DNA from: an archaeon
GTDB taxonomy: Archaea; Iainarchaeota; Iainarchaeia; Iainarchaeales; CSSED10-239
DNA length: 9,440 nucleotides
Reading direction: 5' to 3'
NCBI GenBank assembly: GCA_037147375.1
Contig: JBAWVI010000033.1
Coordinates: forward strand, 1 to 9,440
Shown here: one piece after another, positions 5,680 to 9,440 of the stretch
How positions within the stretch are numbered: position 1 is the first letter of the stretch
Layout: the number at the start of each line of letters is the position of its first letter
Position numbers and translations under genes: made by a program
Notes under the pieces: generated by a model
What the model was told of the DNA's origin: nothing
What the model saw: the letters and a program-made list of their open reading frames with translations, nothing else
Databases searched by the model: none

Positions 5680-5745
5680 TTAAATCAAATAAGTATTTAA
5701 ATGAAATAATAACTTAATTTTCTAAAGGTACAGTAAATTTAAAGG
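5680..5745 (+). promoter_or_regulatory. Candidate archaeal promoter region for grpE-dnaK-dnaJ (TATA-like elements and a near-perfect direct repeat)
   Basis: TTAAATCAAATAA (5680-5692) and TTAAATGAAATAA (5697-5709) match at 12 of 13 positions and start 17 nt apart. AATTTAAA at about 5735-5742 lies roughly 25 nt upstream of the ATG at 5765. That spacing fits a TATA box driving a leaderless or short-leader mRNA. Confidence 0.3.
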
Positions 5746-5764
5746 ACAGCTATTAGTGGATATT

Positions 5765-6268
5765 ATGGATGATACAAACAATAAACAAGAAGAAAGAGAT
5801 ACAAATCAAGAAACTACAAACCAAGAATTAGAATCATTAAATCAAAAGGTTTTAGAGTATGAAGATTTATTGAAAAGAACACAAGCTGAATTTGTAAATT
5901 ATAAAGCAAGAGTTACAAAAGATGTGCAAGATATAGTTTTCTTACAAACTAAAGTAATTGCTCTTGAAATGATTTCATTTAAGGAACTATTACTACTATC
6001 AATGAAGAATGAAGAACATGAAGAAACAAAAAAAGTATTAGAATTATTACTTGAAAAAATAGAGGGTTCTCTTGTAAGACTAAGGATTGAAAAAATAAAA
6101 TTAAATGAGGGTACACCAGATTATAATTTATGTGAATGTATTAGTACAGTTCAAACAAAGAACAAAGAAGAAGATAATAAAATTATTGATGTGCTTGAAG
6201 ATGGATATTTATATAATAACAAATTAATAAAACCCGCAAAAATAATATTAGGAAGATTGGAGGAATAA
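5765..6268 (+). CDS. grpE: GrpE nucleotide exchange factor
   Basis: An acidic or polar N-terminus is followed by the coiled-coil motif LLKRTQAEFVNYKARVTKD (GrpE AEF-N-YRKR signature). The C-terminal beta domain reads IIDVLEDGYLYNNKLIKPAKIILG (the GY...R/KPA motif). The gene lies immediately upstream of dnaK. The GTG at 5756 is an alternative start. Confidence 0.85.
   Translation: MDDTNNKQEERDTNQETTNQELESLNQKVLEYEDLLKRTQAEFVNYKARVTKDVQDIVFLQTKVIALEMISFKELLLLSMKNEEHEETKKVLELLLEKIEGSLVRLRIEKIKLNEGTPDYNLCECISTVQTKNKEEDNKIIDVLEDGYLYNNKLIKPAKIILGRLEE
6259..6263 (+). promoter_or_regulatory. Shine-Dalgarno-like GGAGG for dnaK
   Basis: The GGAGG lies inside the last codons of grpE, 8 nt before the dnaK ATG at 6272. 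The grpE stop and the dnaK start are only 3 nt apart. Confidence 0.6.
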
Positions 6269-8107
<1,839 letters not shown>

Positions 8108-8136
8108 TTTCTTCTTTTAATTTTTATTTTTAATTT
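8108..8136 (+). terminator. Oligo-T-rich tract after dnaK (possible partial archaeal terminator or attenuator before dnaJ)
   Basis: TTTCTTCTTTTAATTTTTATTTTTAATTT directly follows the dnaK stop codon. Archaeal termination typically occurs at T-runs. The AT-rich background lowers the significance. Confidence 0.25.
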
Positions 8137-8150
8137 GGATTTGAAGTTGT

Positions 8151-9341
8151 ATGTCTGAGAAAAAAGATTATTATAAACTACTTGGAATAAATAGGAATGC
8201 AAGTATTGATGATATTAAAAAAGCATATAGAGAGCTTGCAAAAAAGTATCATCCAGACATAGCTGGACCAACAGCTGATGCTGAAAAATTCAAAGAAATA
8301 AGTAATGCTTATTCTGTTCTCTCTGATGACACAAAAAGAAAACAATATGATACTTTTGGAGAGGATATTGGATCAAGTCAAGGTGCTGGAGGCCAAGGAT
8401 ATTATAGTCACCAAGGATTTGGTGGAGGCTTTTCACAAGGTTTTTCTGGGTTTGATTTTAAAGATATTTTTTCTCAGTTCATGGAAGAAGAGGAAGAAGA
8501 AGATGAAGGTGGCTTCTTTAGTAGATTTACTAATAATCAAAGAACTAGAAGATCAAGATCAGGAAATTCACAAGATCTTAATTTAGTTTATAAAATTGAA
8601 ATTGATTTTAAAACCACGTATGCTGGCGGTAAAGAAAAATTAGATATTCATAAAGAAGGATTATGTGAATCATGTTCAGGAAGTGGTTCTGTTTCTGGCA
8701 AAAAGGTAGTTTGTGACTCGTGCCATGGAAAAGGAAGAGTAGTAACTTCAAGAAGAACTCCTTTTGGAATGTTTGCAGTTCAATCAACCTGCTCTAAATG
8801 TAATGGAGAAGGAGAAACAATCTCTGATCCTTGTAAGAAGTGTTCTGGAAAAGGTTATGAAAAAATAAAAAGAACAATCTCTGTTGATATTCCTGCTGGA
8901 ATAAGCGAAAACGATGTTATTAGGGTTAGAGGAGAAGGAAATGAAAGAGAACAAGAGAAAGGGGATTTATATTTAAAAATAAGTGTTAAAGAAAATGATT
9001 TCTTTACACGTAAAGATAAGGATCTTTATTGTGATGTTCCTATTCCTTTTACTGATCTTGTACTTGGAACTGGTTTTAAGTTAAATCTATTTGGTAATCA
9101 GGTTAAGATTAAAATTCCTGATCACACAAAAGCAAATACTATTATAAAACTTAAAGGAGAGGGCTTTCCAGATGTTAAGGGTAGTGGAGGAGCAGGATCT
9201 TTATTTGTGAAAGTAATTCCTGAAGTTCCAGATAAGATGAGTAATGAATACAAGGATTTAATCAAGTCTCTTTCAAAGATTGAGGAAGCAACAATTAAGA
9301 AAGAAATTAGAAAAAGACATAGCGAATATATTGTTGATTAA
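8151..9341 (+). CDS. dnaJ: Type I Hsp40 co-chaperone DnaJ
   Basis: The J domain reads DYYKLLGI...YHPD (HPD at nt 8250-8258). A G/F-rich linker contains a DIF motif. There are four CxxCxGxG zinc-finger repeats ([32 protein letters not shown]; nt about 8664-8855). A C-terminal client-binding domain follows. Confidence 0.97.
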   Translation: MSEKKDYYKLLGINRNASIDDIKKAYRELAKKYHPDIAGPTADAEKFKEISNAYSVLSDDTKRKQYDTFGEDIGSSQGAGGQGYYSHQGFGGGFSQGFSGFDFKDIFSQFMEEEEEEDEGGFFSRFTNNQRTRRSRSGNSQDLNLVYKIEIDFKTTYAGGKEKLDIHKEGLCESCSGSGSVSGKKVVCDSCHGKGRVVTSRRTPFGMFAVQSTCSKCNGEGETISDPCKKCSGKGYEKIKRTISVDIPAGISENDVIRVRGEGNEREQEKGDLYLKISVKENDFFTRKDKDLYCDVPIPFTDLVLGTGFKLNLFGNQVKIKIPDHTKANTIIKLKGEGFPDVKGSGGAGSLFVKVIPEVPDKMSNEYKDLIKSLSKIEEATIKKEIRKRHSEYIVD

Positions 9342-9381
9342 TAATATAAAGTTATTGGTTCTTATTTATTTGAGATGATGT

Positions 9382-9440
9382 GATGTTAAAGATAAAGTAT
9401 GTATTAATTGGAATAATAATTATTGGATTAATTATAAGTG
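9382..9440 (+). CDS. 5' end of a hypothetical membrane or secreted protein (truncated by the window edge)
   Basis: The ATG at 9382 opens MLKIKYVLIGIIIIGLIIS..., a basic N-terminus followed by a hydrophobic segment. Only 19 codons are visible. Confidence 0.3.

Noticed and set aside
5615-5764. Searched the grpE upstream spacer for a CIRCE operator, a tRNA or a small RNA gene
   Set aside because: No TTAGCACTC/GAGTGCTAA half-sites were found. No GC-rich cloverleaf-capable segment was found either. Apart from the CCGG-centred palindrome, the spacer is almost pure A/T.

Overview
This is a strongly AT-rich, gene-dense window. It most likely comes from a small-genome, low-GC archaeon, possibly DPANN-like, but the lineage cannot be fixed from sequence alone. 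There are two functional blocks on the + strand, separated by one - strand gene. Block 1 (65-4373) is a tightly packed and partly translationally coupled cluster. It holds three small prepilin-like proteins with archaeal class III signal peptides (K/R-K-A/G|Q-x-S/A-x-E followed by a hydrophobic helix). It also holds an A24-family prepilin peptidase with both catalytic Asp motifs. These are followed by a trio joined by ATGA stop/start overlaps: a 4-TM protein with a Lys-rich tail, a membrane-anchored OB-fold protein, and a TctA/DUF112-like polytopic membrane protein. A classical SDR oxidoreductase lies on the - strand (4359-5144/5171), and its 3' end overlaps the convergent membrane-protein gene. 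Block 2 (5210-9341) holds a stand-alone JAMM/MPN+ metalloprotease followed by a bacterial-type grpE-dnaK-dnaJ chaperone operon. A partial membrane-protein ORF starts at 9382. I saw no tRNA, rRNA, CRISPR array, IS element or integrase. The best candidate for an undescribed system is the pilin/peptidase cluster fused to the downstream trio. That trio looks like a non-canonical tripartite (TctABC-like) transporter whose binding subunit is a membrane-tethered OB-fold. All functional calls rest on motif recognition by eye and need HMM or structure searches to confirm.
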